Origin: Takakia lepidozioides
Taxonomy: Eukaryota > Plantae > Bryophyta
DNA: 64,000 bases
Reading direction: 5' to 3'
NCBI GenBank assembly: GCA_030704615.1
Contig: CM060734.1
Coordinates: 37,634,001-37,698,000 of the forward strand
In this document: piece by piece, positions 14,971 to 29,249 of the stretch
Position numbering within the stretch: the stretch's first letter is position 1
Layout: every line of letters starts with the position of its first letter
Translations under genes and position numbers: made by a program
Notes under the pieces: model-generated
Databases searched by the model: none
The model's input: the letters and a program-made list of their open reading frames with translations, nothing else
Told to the model about the DNA's origin: nothing

Positions 14971-15667
14971 GTTAACACACCCAGGCTTCAGAAGTCTAAG
15001 GCTAACAGAGCAGAAGCCTAAGGGAATGGTAAAACCATTCTCTTAAAGTCATTGAGTAGGACTTCTTGTGATATAGCAACTATTTCATGTTTTGCTGCTC
15101 TAGTGAGATAAAAGCAATAGCAGCACAAACAGACATTCATACGGTCTTCCAAATTGATATTTATACCAATAGATGGGGTGGCTTCTAAAAGTGAGTAGTA
15201 ACTGGTTGTCTGTCTACTTTCAGATTCAATATTTGGAGGAACATGATCAGTTGCTTCACATAAAACTGTTCAATAGACTTCAAAATTCCAGGGTCTTGCA
15301 GATAATACCCACCAGTCTGGAGATAATTTCCTATACCTTGTTCTCACACTATATGCAGATTTTGGATGTCATGATTCCTTGATCCAAGTACCTATCTCCA
15401 GGCCTTTGTCAGAGTTCAGCACCTCTACCATAGGTAGCTCATCGTCTCCCCGTAAAGCATCAGCAGTCTACCATCTCAAGTGCACAATATGTTTCTTGAA
15501 CGTGAATTAGTCCAACAAAAATATCGATGGGCTGTCAGTTGACCAAACGAGATATCTGGTTTCTTGACAATAAGCGCCGGAAAGATAGCCTCATCCATCC
15601 AACTCTACGGATATCCGATTCTACGGAATCTGGCTTCACAATTACCAAAAAGGATTACCCAAAATGC

Positions 15668-17589
15668 TTAGATTGCCTTAAGAACATCTTTAGCTGCTGC
15701 AATTGTGAAGTCAATATCTTCTTGTGTGTGGGCAAGGCTTGTAAATCCAGCTTCGTACTGGGAAGGCGCCAAATACACTCCCTTTTCAAGCATACCCCTG
15801 GAAGGAAGAAAAACCAGAATTAAGTTCAGGCTGTCGAAGTCTAAAATTGATGTACTGAAAGATCCATGTAAAATACAGGAGAGTGAAACACGGGTGAAGT
15901 CCATGAACTCGTACCTGTGAAATCTTGCAAACTTTGCGGTGTCACTTTTCTTGGCATCAGCAAAGCTATTAACAGGGCCCGGGTTGAAGAAAAATCCAAA
16001 CATTCCGCGAATGTGGCCACCGCAAACTTCATGTCCTGCATCTCGTGCCGCCTGAAGGATGCCTTGGATAAGCTTTCCAGTGATTTCATCCAACTGTGCA
16101 TAGGTCCCAGGCTTTTGCAGGCGCCTGAGAGTGTGAATTCCAGCAGTCATAGCCAGAGGGTTGCCGCTGAGTGTACCTGCCTGATACATGGGACCTGCAG
16201 GTGCCACCATCTCCATAATTTCTCTCCTTCCTCCATATGCTCCAACGGGTAATCCACCCCCAATAACCTTACCCAGTGTAGTCAGGTCTGGAGTTATACC
16301 AAAATACTCTTGCGCACCGCCATAAGCTATCCGGAAACCTGTCATCACTTCATCAAAAACCAGCAAAGCTCCATCTTCCTTTGTAATCTCCCTCAAGCCT
16401 TTCAAGAATTCTATGGTTGGGACAATGAACCCTGAGTTTCCCACCACAGGTTCCAATACAACGGCCGCAATCTCACCCTTGTTCTGGGCAAAAATTTCCT
16501 TGACAGCATCGAGGTCATTGTATGCTGCTGTTAGGGTGGGAGCTGTGGCTGCCGAGGGGACACCTGGTGAGTCAGGCAGACCCAGGGTTGCCACACCACT
16601 GCCGGCCTTGACCAAAAAGGAATCCGCATGGCCGTGGTAACATCCCTCAAACTTCAGGACCTTGTCCCTGCCTGTATATGCCCGAGCTAATCTGAGCATG
16701 CCCATGCAAGCCTCAGTTCCCGAATTGACAAAACGCACCATTTCGACGCTGGGAACGGCCTCTATTACCATTTCAGCCAGCGTGTTTTCCAGCACGCAGG
16801 GGGCTCCGAAACTTGTCCCCTTCTTCAAGGCTTCAATGAGTTCCGCAGTTACCTGCACAGGAGATGGGCAGTGCCTGTGTCCTCAGCAGCGATAAACTTA
16901 GCACCTCAGGCTCATCATTACGAGCTGAATTCTGCTCAAACATTGAGAAAAAATGGATAGCACTACTTAGAAACAACATCTTGAAGCGATGGTTAGAAGC
17001 ATTCGCACCAAATCGTCACAATGACCGATGATGGCCGGTCCCCATGAGCCCACATAGTCAACATACTCATTGCCATCCACGTCCCACGCCTTCGACCCTT
17101 TCACGCGATCAAACACAATTGGCTGCCCCCCAACTGACTTGAAAGCTCTCACTGGCGAATTGACTCCTCCCGGCATCAAATCCTGTTTATGCGAAACCGC
17201 CAGCTAGAATGAACCATCTGGAGAGGCTGAAACGCTAACCCATGCTCTAGTAGCAGTGAAAAGCATCTCAAAACAATGCAAAGTTCCCACTTTCTGATAC
17301 TCAGAGCAAGAAGAAATACGGCATCTGTCTTAAGAGAACCCATTTCGATTACAACCAGGAAGGAGTACAGGAGGTAATATCATACCTTTGCGGCAGTGAA
17401 AACCTCTTCAGACTTTTTCGTCACATACTTCTTCTCCACAGACACAGCCATCCTGACAACCCCACTTCCTCCCACCTTCTTGGAGGATTGCGTCCTAGCT
17501 GCCCTGGGCTGTGCGGCATCAGCCTGCCTAAGCCCTGCCCACTCAGCCACCAAATGTGGACCTGCAGCACGACCAGCCAATGCCGCCAT
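15668..17589 (-). CDS. GSA: Glutamate-1-semialdehyde 2,1-aminomutase, plastid; exons 17589-17386, 17182-17009, 16852-15915, 15797-15668
   Basis: Transit-peptide-like exon 1; [44 protein letters not shown] (PLP lysine), AGTLSGNP; GT-AG junctions. Confidence 0.97.
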
Positions 17590-18367
17590 AACTACTGTGG
17601 TCTACAAACTGATCCTCTGCTTGTGGGCACCACGTCCACTCACACTCTGTCCTGAGGACTGAAAGAGAAACTTAAGAGTTAGAATTGGTCCCTCTCAGAC
17701 CAAATGCAAACCTCTCTAGGAACCTCAACCCCTCCCATCCAGCTTACCTTATCCTCTGCTCCAAGGGACCATTCCTGCTGCCCCACGTGGCTGAAGATAT
17801 CTGCTTTTTACTGCAGTTGCTAATCAGTGGGTCAGTTACTGCTTAGTTCCTGATTAGTGAGCTGCTTAGAAAGGCAGGTGAGCTGTAGATGGCAGAGTGG
17901 CTCCACTTTGATAACTGCTCGCCACATCACTCTTCCTCTGATGCTTGCCTTCCTCGCACAGAGATTCAACACCTGGTTTCCTGAGGATCCACTTGCTAAA
18001 TGCCACGTTTGAGAGATTTGCTCTTCAGACAATGTTGGGGGTTGAGAAAGGAAACCAGCCATTGCTGCATCTCAATTCTGAAAGCTAGGCTGCTCCCCCT
18101 TTCGGCATCTGTGTTACTTGAATGCGATCTGGGGAGATTTTTCTCTTTTGGTGAAAAGCACTTACTCCCTTTGTAAAGAGGTGGAAGAGGGAGGAATGGG
18201 AAAGATTGGAAGTACAAACCCCACCGCAGACCGTTGAGCTAGAAGACGCATATCTGGATAAGTTTTTGATTGACTACTGGCTTGAGTGAAGGATTCGTCC
18301 TGAATTTGCGTACTTCGATTTTGATCTCTTCTCTCTTGACGAATAGAGGCATCACGGGGTGGGGGCG

Positions 18368-20537
18368 ATGGTGAGGAGTTTGGCTTTGCAAGGTAGCATC
18401 GACTGCGTGGAGCCTCAGGTAATACTCTCCTTGTAAGTTGTATGTATGTGTGTGCAATGGCATATTAGCCATATACTTGTTGTAAACCCTAATTTCCAGA
18501 GGAGTAATTGCTGCAACTTGGATCACCATAAGGAGCTCGTGGGCACCAGAGTTACTCTAGCGTGAGCCACAATTGGGGCTAGCCAGTGACTGATCTTAAT
18601 GCAGCATCGAGGTGATTGTCTTGCCGATTCCCTTCGCTAGATTACAGGAGTTTTCTCCAGCTCTGCTGGCGCGGGGAAAGTAGCATGTTACGTTACGAAG
18701 ATACTATTTACAAATTTGTTGTGTCCCACTTCGAGATTATCGGCTCAAACCGCTTTACATTTTGGATGTGAGATCAATGTCTGCAATCTTCCCAAGGTTG
18801 CTGAAGATACTCTGGATAAGGAATGGAGGTTATCAACTAGCTGTAACATATATTCTTCTTTGACTTAGTTCTTCTATGCTCAAGCAAATTAGGGGTTTCG
18901 TATCTAGGTTTCTGCTGGTTTGTATCATCACATTTAGCGCTGACTGCTTGCATAGCTAGTGTTGAAGATTACATTTTTCGCATAGGTGCCGGAGCTTTGG
19001 GTGCAAGACTTTTGATTGGTGACAAACTGATCGTGCAGGCTGCGTTTTCATTTTTGTTTGGGGATGATCAATTCATGCGGATCTATCACAAGGAAGTAAA
19101 TGAGGACCCAGATGCTGAGGTATCTATCTGGACAGCTGATGGCCGACGAACTGTTGTTTTTGGGGCCCCGTTGGATGCACCAGCCGTGGTGCGAAAGTTT
19201 GTCGGTAAGTAACCTCTTTAGATTCGTCGGGCATTTCGGCTAGAGTACCAAAAGATGTGTGCATCATATCATCCGTCTCATGAACTTGCAGCTAGTTAAG
19301 CAGTTGATTTGGATACTGTAGAATGGGGCCAGGTAGGAAGGGAGTGGTGGATAAGCATTCCTTTTCAAGGTTGCACAGAGGGAAGGAGTGTTGGATAAAC
19401 AATTGTAGACAATTAAATCGAAGACAAAAAAGAAGGTTTTTGATCAAGCAGTTTACTATTGCAGGTACCAATGTGCTTAGGATACAGGAGGTGCAAGAAT
19501 ACGAGAGGGTTGGGAATACTTTCACCGTTAGGTCAGACCCAGTTGTGGAAGGTACCGCGGGGGAAATATTCAGCACAAAAGGCGACATTGTCTTGGAACC
19601 TTCCAAGAATGGAAAAGGGTGTGCAGTCACCATGAACGTTGCTCTTGAGTGCAAGACATCTGTTTGGGGTGTCAAAGGTCCTTCATTTCTCCAACTGTGT
19701 CCCTCCTAATATCCGTGTGTTTAAAAGAAGGTTTTATCTATCTGCAGGCCATAGGTTGAGGTGAAGGGGAGCTATTGAAAATGGAAGTTGCTGGATGTTC
19801 AAGTCTGTGTAGCTAAAATTGCTGAACTTCTCCCAACATGAAGGGGAGTATTTCAGGGACGTAGTGAATGCCATGATGACAAAGCATCGGATGTACATGT
19901 GAATCTCTCTGTGTCTGACTTTCATGTGACTGAGTGTAATTTGCTGATGTGGTTAGGTACAATGGAGAGCTTCATGGAAATGAAAGCCAGGAAATCATTT
20001 GAGGAGTGGATAAGAATGGCATGCGAATTCTGCAAAGTGCAGCTGGCGCAAGCAGGCGAGGCCTTCCTCTCTTTCCAAACAAATGAGGATGCGACATTCA
20101 GCTCCGAGAATGACAATTATTTTGACACCGAAGAAGTAGCAGATTGGGATACATCTTTACCCATCCACAGCAACACGCTGGTAGAACAGATATGTGGCAA
20201 CAATCCCGTTGATGGCCACCCCTTGGGTGTAGTCAAGTTGCTTGAGCCCCAAGCCACCAGCAGGTGTGACTCAGATCTGTGGCTTATGCAGTCGGTGTTG
20301 AGGGAGCTCAATGGCCTCCGTATTTCTAGTGAAGCATCGAGAGCACATCTGGAGAAACTGAATGCAAAGCTGCAAAGACTGGAGGGAGATATTGGATGTG
20401 TCAGATGCCACATGCAGATGAAGAAAAGGGAGGAAAGCCTCATGTCGCCACGAGCTGCTTGGACTCTTGTGGGCCTTGGTGTTACAACAGCCCTCCTCTT
20501 TGGGGTAGGGCATGCTTATTTGAAGTCGCAGAGGTGA
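18368..20537 (+). CDS. VASt (START-like lipid-binding) domain protein with C-terminal coiled coil and TM anchor; exons 18368-18418, 19039-19204, 19465-19677, 19957-20537
   Basis: In-phase GT-AG exons; AAFSFLFGDDQF...VSIW...RTVVF and later beta-strand pattern resemble VASt; heptad segment, then hydrophobic WTLVGLGVTTALLFGVG at the C-terminus. Confidence 0.65.
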
Positions 20538-21576
20538 AGTTTAACATAGACAAGCTAAGTAACACTTACAGGTTATTCAGGGAATCTACTTAACAGTCTT
20601 TTGACATACACCCTCTAGTCAGTATTGTATAGGTTGGCGGTACTTTTTGGAGTAAGGGGGTTCAAGTGGAGCCACCAGCTGCAGAGTGTTGTACCGAACA
20701 CCTCATATAAGAGGGGGTGGAGGCAGGTGGGGTGCTCACTTACTTTGGCAAGCATTGAACTTTGTATGTGGTAGCTCAGAGGGAGGGTACGGGGCTCAAT
20801 GTGTACAGTACCATGCCTTTGCACAGTTTAGTGTGTGGTGGTGTGTCCAAATCCCCACACGAGCTGCTGGTTCGAGCCTGACAGGAAATGCTTTCATTTG
20901 TTGCTGGAGGTAACTTTTGATGGCCATCCAATATAATTAATAGAGGTCCAGGAGGATCCATATAGAAAGATGAACCATCCTTCTCTGTCCATGTCCTTCC
21001 GATGTTCTTGAAAGGTTGCAAGAGGATCTCTGCTGGACATCGCACAATTCTAGTAGAAATATGGTGAAGCCCAAGCTATTGTGAGGAATGCATTATGACA
21101 TGGGCAAAGATATCGTCAACACTGCCTGACTTTCATACAGCATGGACCAGACCTTGCCAAACCCCCACACAAGTCCAGCCCTTGCTGCTACTGGGTGTAG
21201 AGCAATGCAAGGGGGTGGTGGGAACAGTGGCAGATCTTGGGTTCCATTAGGTGCAGTGTATCACGAAAAGAAAAAATACAGACCAGTTAGATCTCATGAG
21301 GGCTCAGAATTGGATTTGGCAAATGGTGACAACATTCCATGTGGCAATTTTTGAAGTACTCTGAGGCAGTAACTACCAGCTGCAAGGAGCAATGAAAATA
21401 GAAGAGCAGTTAGATCCAATATCGCAGGAACATTATATTCGTTGGTTCTGGCAAGTGGTCACAACAGCCCATGTGGCAATTTTTTACGTACTCCCAGGCA
21501 TTAACTACTAGCTGCAAGGAGCAATGAAGAGGGAATTATAGTAAGTTGCTAGAATTCCGGGGCACTGTTCCTTTTC

Positions 21577-24556
21577 TCATTCTCCCAAGTATTTCAGGTA
21601 AAGGGAGGTGAGGTGGATTTTGGCATTGCCCATTATGAAGACAGCAAAGATGATGCGCTGTGTTCTTGGAAGGAGGCCACTATACAGAGCCCTTATGCCT
21701 CCCTCCTGTACCATGGTCTTTGCTGCTGATGTTACTTTCCTGTTAATATCCCACAGTTCCACTTGTCCTCAGGATGCAATAGCAATGAGTAGCATAGCCA
21801 ATTCAGAAGTTTTTCTGGCATACATTTAATGCAACCTTGCCCTAAGAGATACTGTACTGTGCCTTGAGGTTTGTGATTTGTGCACCTCTTCTTTGACAGG
21901 CTCACGCATTAAGAAAAGTAGTGTGAGAAAGAAGGAAATGATACAAAAAGGAGTTTAATTTCAGTGATCTATGGAGCATACAATTCTGTGCAGCACAACC
22001 TATCAAGAGGCCAACAGGATCTGGTTTGTTGAAAAGGAAATTTATAAGCCCGGGAAGCGTCTACAACACAAAACTTGGCACCGGAGAGAGAGAAAGATGC
22101 GGCACTCAGTAAAATGCATATGCTGTAAGCTTTGTGGCCCATGTGGCCTGAACCCATTGCCACATCTGTACTCGAGCAGCGTACAGGAGGAAGAGATTTA
22201 TTGTCCCATGCGCAAATCGGACAGAGTAAGGGAATGAAATGGGAGCAGAATCTGAACCATTACCATTGCTAGGACTTCATTTACTGGTGAGGTGGGTGAT
22301 CAGCTGTATAGCTCAAGGAGCAGGCTTAAAAGTAAGCTGGCATAACTACATAAATTTACATGAGTCGTGTTGTCAGCAAGAGTGCACCTGTACGATATCT
22401 TGTGCATGTTTGCTTGCATGCGGGTTTTTATGGTGTCAAGTGGTTGTGTGATAGTAGCAGCCGCCGTCCCGGATATACATGCCGCTAGGAGCATTGCAAT
22501 CAGTGGCTGCTGCTTGATGATGCTATTACCTGAGGCCAAAAAACTTTCTTGCAATAAAGGATTTACACCCAAGTAGGTTCCTGTGAAGATGGCCTCCCTT
22601 ACCACAGTTGGAATCTGTGAGACCATATGGACCTGTCAGAAGGTTTGATCCTAGTACTCAACAACAAGGCTGGCAAGAGAATTACACTCCTCCAGATTGA
22701 GAGGAAAAGAACCAGCCGGCTATGTGTGTCACTCAGCAAAATGAATGTCGACCAAGGGGATTACTGGGGTTGATGACCATTTAATAAAGAAAGTGAAAGA
22801 GAACACTTGGCCACTCCCATTTTGTGATTGCAGATATCCAGTATCCCCAGACTTAGATGATAACTCTCATGTAGATGACATTTCTAGTGTGAAATTGCCA
22901 AAGATCTCACAGGAACCTATTTTCAAGGAGCTATATGGTGTACTTCTCTATGCTTGCTAGCCCATTAACCACCATGAACCATTTGGAGAGAAGGAGAGTT
23001 AAGGGGGATTACGGAAGGAGTGGGAGGTGGCCATCGCCTACCTTTGCAAATAAAGTTGGTTGTCCCTCCATATTTACTTTGAACCTCCTTACCGGACACT
23101 CCTACTGAAAAAAATCAACCCAGAGAGAGGAAAGATCACCTAGCCTCAGTTGGCTATCGAGTAATCATAGACACAGTAGTAGGTAGATCAAAGCAGTGAG
23201 AATGTTTAATTCAGGACACTCACAAAGCCACGAGTTAGAGAGAAGAGGCCATGCTGCTGTGTCAGCTGCCGCAGTTGCCGTCCCAATGATAATCCCGATT
23301 TTTGTTGCTGGATCATAAGGAGTTCAGATGGACTGGAAACCACAGCTGACATGGCCCCCGCAACCATAGCAACTCCTGCTTTATCCGCGGCTGACAGAGG
23401 GCCTGAAGGCAGTGAAAGTGAACTGGTTACTGAAATTAGAACCTTTTGGGCATACAAGAAAAATAGCTATATTGTGAAACCAATACCAGACCTTAAATCA
23501 ATGTTCAATCCCTCGTGTCATCTCCACTGTGTGAGAAGGCAATTTTGGGCTGAGATCCAATGCTGAATTCAAATGTAAGCTTGCTCCAAGAGGTATGCCG
23601 ATTTTTACATGTACTCAAAGCATCTTTCTGGAATAACTAGGCAAGCTTCAGGCAACCAATATGCTTCGTGGTTCAATCAGCCATTGCAAGTGGCGTCTCC
23701 TCAGCTGGAGGCACTGGGCCATGGTGTTTGATTTTTTTGGACATCAAAGTGGTGCAGACATTCCTACCCATAATCCCATCTCAGAAGATGACAACAATGC
23801 ATGTGTCACCACACAACCCGGATGACAAAAATGTCCCTTGGAGGGTTAAAGGTTTTTGTGCTGTAGACTTCCAGGAATATTTGAGTCAAACCAATTCTGT
23901 GAAGTACCTTGGATTACCTCTCATGTTGGCTTCCAGGGCACTATTGACTCCAAATTGAATGGCACTAATGGGTGCCATGCTGGCGGCATTCACACCCACA
24001 CCTCTATACAACACCCGTGGGTTCAATGAAATAGGTTGCTTGTCCTGCCACATTTTCCAAAAGATAGCTTCTTTAAGAACAAACACCAAAGTGCATAATC
24101 ATATGTCCCAGGAACTCTAGGATCGCTTCCCACCATGCTCTCCAGGAGCAGGAATTCACCTGTAAAAACTTGATTCTCAGATTTTGGCACGACCGAGCAG
24201 GACGAGGCGCCGACTGCCGGTTACGAGCTAGCGCCCGTCGCCAGCAGCCACCACCCACTGTCCGCATTTCTTTCTCCGAACTCTTTGCGCCAAATTGCGT
24301 AGCAACACAAGACTCAGGAAAGCTCTTTCCCAAAGCACCAATTTGGGGAGGCACAGCTTTGTGTGTGTGTGTGTGTGTGTGTCAGAGAGAGAATAACTCT
24401 AGTACAGTGACTAATTTGGAGTGGCTCCTGTGATGTTTGTGGAAAGGGGACCTGAATGGCATTTTTCACAGATACTGAGGGCTGCTGAAGTAACACTTCA
24501 ACGATCCCGGATAGTGCTCCAACGCCAGATGACTCCATAGCCGTCAACACTCGCAT
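21577..24556 (-). CDS. Mitochondrial carrier family (SLC25) protein; exons approx. 24556-24452, 24044-23909, 23402-23224, 22614-22389, 21739-21577
   Basis: Three carrier repeats with PX[DE]XX[KR]-like motifs (QPSVSVKNAIQ, SPSELLMIQQQ, QPLDTIKTRMQ) and LYRG / LTRG / EGGIRALYSG. Confidence 0.9.
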
Positions 24557-25867
24557 TGTGTCCCTCTCAGGATCTGTGATCACATTATTCGTGGGCTCAT
24601 TCTACTTTGGGGAGCCCAATCTTCATAGCCTTTCTGGACCTCCTCCATACTCCTTCACAGTTTCTACATAGGCCCAAAATGCACACAGATCAAAACAAGA
24701 GAGAGATCGGGAGATACTAGAAAAAAACAAAATGGGAGATTCCTTGAGCTTTCTGGATTCAGCATTTCAACGAAGTAACTAGGGCTCCGACCATGCACCT
24801 AAATATGTATTATATGATAAAAATCCCACGAGGGAAAAGGAGAGCTCATCACACATTCGGGTTCGCCCACATCGTATCAAATCAGGCTAGAGGTAAGTTA
24901 GAAAATGCACAAGCAATTACTCTTGCAAAACCTCGTTGCTGAAAAAGACAAGAAGAAGAACAAGACATCTGGAAAAGAACCAGGTCGCCTATGGTAGAGA
25001 CTAAAGACCCTCCTTTCTATTTCTTCCAATAAGGGTTGTTCTATAGAAACACCTGTATACAACACTCCTGTATCCACTACAACACTCCTGCTCTTACGTG
25101 GAAACTCAGCTCATATTACGAACTTTTAAAAGACCCCTCTCACCGCACCATAGCTGTTCAACACCGATGTGCGAGTGAGAGACACACCTCAACAAGTTCT
25201 GCCTAACAAGCAGCCCATCTAGACTTGTGACACAAGTGAGAAGAAGAGGAAGAAAACAGTTGGCAATAGAGAAGCAGCATGGTGAAGAGCCAAGTATGAG
25301 ACTGCGAGGGAAGCGCAGAACGACGATATGATAGTTGCAAAGGTTACGAGATACGAAGCAACCATCCCTATCATCCTCGCTATCCTTTGCCACCAAACTG
25401 TGACAACTTACCAACCCAACCATGCCATGAAAACCCTGTGAACTTTGTTTACAAACCTACATGAGGTGACTGTACACTGGATGAAAAGCTCCCAAACCAA
25501 GTGAAGATATGTGAAATCGATTGGATGAAAAAGTGAGCAAATCAAACCGAACAATCATCCCAGTAGAGGAAGGCCCTGAGTGTCACTCCAGGCTTGTATA
25601 AAGGTTTTTCCAACTTTATTTTTTTCAGCTTATTTCTTTTGCATGGATAGCCAACTTTGAAGACCTTTCCACTTGGACGGCCGGATCATTTTTTAGACTT
25701 TTCTCTTCTTCCTTTTACAGCCCCTTTTACACGTGTACTCCATTTTCAGCTTAGCTTACGCTCGAGCTTACGGGCTCGCAATGCCGTTTTATTTTCCATT
25801 TGTTTGGCGGTCTGGGCCTTGTTTTTGAAGATGAGTCTCCGCATTGCTGAAATTAGTATGTGGCTTG

Positions 25868-28695
25868 CTGATTTTTGTACTTTTTTTCTTCATGGAAGCC
25901 ATTACAAATATTTGCAATGACGTTGAGCAAAGCAGATCTAGGAAATGAAAGTTTTGCGATCTGAAAATAGTAGAATTGTATCATGCTTCTGACCTATTTG
26001 ATCTTGGGATAGATAGGTTCACTACTGAGAATTCCACATTGGGGCAAATTCTTTAGATCTGTAGTTACTTCGAAGAAGATTAAAATCTCACAACTCTTCT
26101 CTCTGTTGATATTCCATTTGTTGATCCGGTTTCGAAGGCTGTTTATAGTGTTTCAACTGTTGTTGACATTTTCCAATGTTCCCTATTCACTTTTATGCAA
26201 CTCAGAGAGATCCATTAACCCCTAATGGACGACGCGACCTGAAACCCGAAACGGGTCGCGTCAGAAATCAGAAATCGATTTGTCACTATGACAAATCGTT
26301 GGATGACCTCGAATGAAAAAACTTTTTAAATGAAAGTTGTGCGCCGTGACGTCATGCACCTGCCTTGTCTTTATGGCACCCTAAAATAATTAAGGCACTG
26401 TTGTCAGTAATTTTTTTAGTGTGCAGGGTTACCCAATTGGCCTTCCGGGAGCTTTGACCTACCGACGTGGCATGATATGGGTGGCCTGTACCATGAAAAT
26501 TTATTTTGCATATAGATAGGTTAGAAAATAAGATAGGTTAGAATGCTTCCAAAAAAATTTATTGTCGTGAGTTTCCACGCAAGGAACAATATGACAAGAG
26601 GAATTCACATTGTGATGAAAATTTGGACACATTTGAGGCAGATTTGGGGTCAATTGTAATGAATATTAGTCTTTTTGACCCACCTATTTTCCCATACAAA
26701 GCAACCCTCATGTGGTTTTGGAATTTGGTTTTGGAATTTTGGCCCAAGGTGCTCTACATGCCAGGCAATTAGAATGTAGGTATGTTGTATCAATGAAAAT
26801 TCATTTTGCTAGGCCAATTGCTTGGTCAAACCATTTTTCACTCCAAAACTAGAGCACAGTAAACATTTACAACTTGCATTTTTGTTATTATCTTCGTAAT
26901 GACACGGTGAAATCAACTGAAATTTTTACAGTAGGTTCCTGAAGTAGGTAGGATTACTTTCATACGGTTCAACCCCCTAGATGTTTGTCAAATATCAGAT
27001 ATGCCCTCAAACATGAGGGCATGTTCCGGTTTGGATCAATGGGCCCACCAGATTTGTCTGAAGGCGCTCAAGATCCAAAGCTGCTTGTGAACATGTTTTG
27101 TCTATTTATGCTGGAGATCACAAAGAAAGATGGGAGCCTTTACCCTCCTTACTACGTAAGTCATATCATGGAATCTAGATCAAATCATTTTTATCTGTCA
27201 CGCATATATTTTTAATTTGTTTGTTATCTTATTTTTATCATTTTCTTTTCTTTTATTTCCATTTAATTACGTCTGACTTCCAATTCTTACATGGAGGTGG
27301 ATGATACATACAAAATAATACAAATTAATAACCACGTATTAGCCAAACTACAGTGTGCATGAATATAAAAAAACCAAAAGAACTAAACAGTATCTACTAC
27401 AAAGAGCTCCAAAAACTTAATGAATTATGGTCAATACCTCAAAACTTCACCAATAGCATATGTTATTAGCTTGAAATGTGTATCATCAATGTTCCTCATT
27501 TCTTGTCCAGCACGAACGAAAAAAATACGAGCACAAAAATAGACAAATCGTCGATTCATACCAGAAAGATTATCCGTTGATGTTATTTCAGAAGACAACA
27601 TCGTAGGATCTTGTGTATGAGTTAAGATGTCATTCTTTTTCACAATCATGTCAAGTCCACAGTTAGCAGATCGCATAACGGACTCATTTGTTGTTAATTT
27701 CACGTGGTGATATCTTACGTCAGTCAAAATATTGAACGAGACAGGAGATTGAATGTCAGTCTTGACTCTTCGTTGCTCTTGGTGAGCACAAATTACCCTT
27801 CCGATCGCTCGGATTAGTCTCTGTATGCTGCAAAACGCAAAAACTTCATATGTTCTATTGGCGATTTTTTTTTATATAACTTTTACAGCAAAGAAGATGA
27901 TGATAACCCAATTTTGGGATGCAAACTCAAGCACAGTACAAGTTGGTGAAACGTATGCAGACCACGTTGTGGGTAGGAAGATCAACACAGATAATTCTGA
28001 TAACCCCAATTGACCAAACCAGAAACAGAAAAGAAAAACAGATTGGCACTGCACCATCATGCTACTACACTAGTCTTTTATCTCTCATTTGGCAAGAAAA
28101 GAAATGGCCTGAATAAGTTTGATAAAAAGAAGAAAAAAAAAAAGAATTGGGTTGTTTGGAGAACTTTTATGCACTTATCCGCACACCCACAAAAATATAT
28201 ATATCTATTGTGCAGACTTCATGTAAACTGCGTGTAAACATGCTGATTCGCAGTTGGAAGGAGGGCTCTGGCTAGATATTTATGATATTCTGCCATAGAG
28301 ATACTTATGTGCAAGAGAGAGATGATTGCTCAAGACAGCTACCAGTTCAAGAGCTTTCAGAGAAGATAATCCCACTATGTGGTGTCGAAATCAACGTGAG
28401 GGAATGGACTGTCATATCAAGGATGTCATTGACACATATAAGAAACTCATAAACAAGCGGCCTATCTGGGGTGAAAATGAGAAGGGTCCGCACCCGCTTT
28501 TTCTTACTCCGAAGGTGAATTGGAAATTAGTATGTAGCTTGCTAATTTTTGTACTTTTTCTTCATGGAAGACATTACAAACATTTGGGATGACGTTGAGC
28601 GTAGCAGATCTAGGAAATAAAAGTTTTTGCGATCTAAAAATAGTATAGTATCATGCTTCTGACCTATTTGATATTGGGATAGATAGGTTCACTAC
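25868..28695 (+). repeat. ~150-bp direct repeat pair (25868-26025 and ~28545-28695)
   Basis: Both copies read TTTTGTACTTTT..CTTCATGGAAG..CATTACAAA..GACGTTGAGC..GCAGATCTAGGAAAT..GGGATAGATAGGTTCACTAC. Confidence 0.85.
27040..28530 (+). pseudogene. Crypton-like (DUF3504 tyrosine recombinase) relic, copy A, with middle exon inverted
   Basis: + strand LLVNMFCLFMLEITKKDGSLYPP followed by GTAAGT donor; - strand FVYFCARIFFVRAGQEMRNID (RG..E motif); + strand DVIDTYKKLINKRP...PLFLTPK. Confidence 0.65.
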
Positions 28696-29249
28696 AGCTT
28701 CATCGCTTGGGGCGAAGTAACACAAAAGAAAAAACAACAAGGGAAGGGGCAGAATTGCTCATCTGCCGAGCAGCGAAAGGACTGCGGGGGGGTTGGGCGG
28801 GTTTCAACGCGCGAGCAAGCAACAGCTGCTCAGTCACAAGCAAGCCAGGGGGCGGGCTGATCGGGCGAGGAGAGCGAGCTGGTTGCGAAGCTCCACCCGC
28901 GCGTTGAACCTCCACTCGCATTGAAGATCCACCCGCCACGTTGAAGCTCCACCCACGCTCACTAGTACGTCCATCCTTCCCCTCACAAGATTAATACTAC
29001 AACCTGGCCACTGAGACATGACTGTTCTCATATGTCCATGGTCTCCCAACTGCTGGTCTCTACGTCATAAAATCAAGAATGTTAAAAACGGTGGATGATG
29101 CCGAACTCAAGAACCTTGATATTTTGCTCCTATGTGCACACTAGAATATACCAATTAGAAACCGAAGTGCTAACAACTAACAAATAAATAAATCACAATG
29201 CAAAATGTAGACATGTCGTATCTTCTCCATTTCCAAAGCAAGAGCCTTG

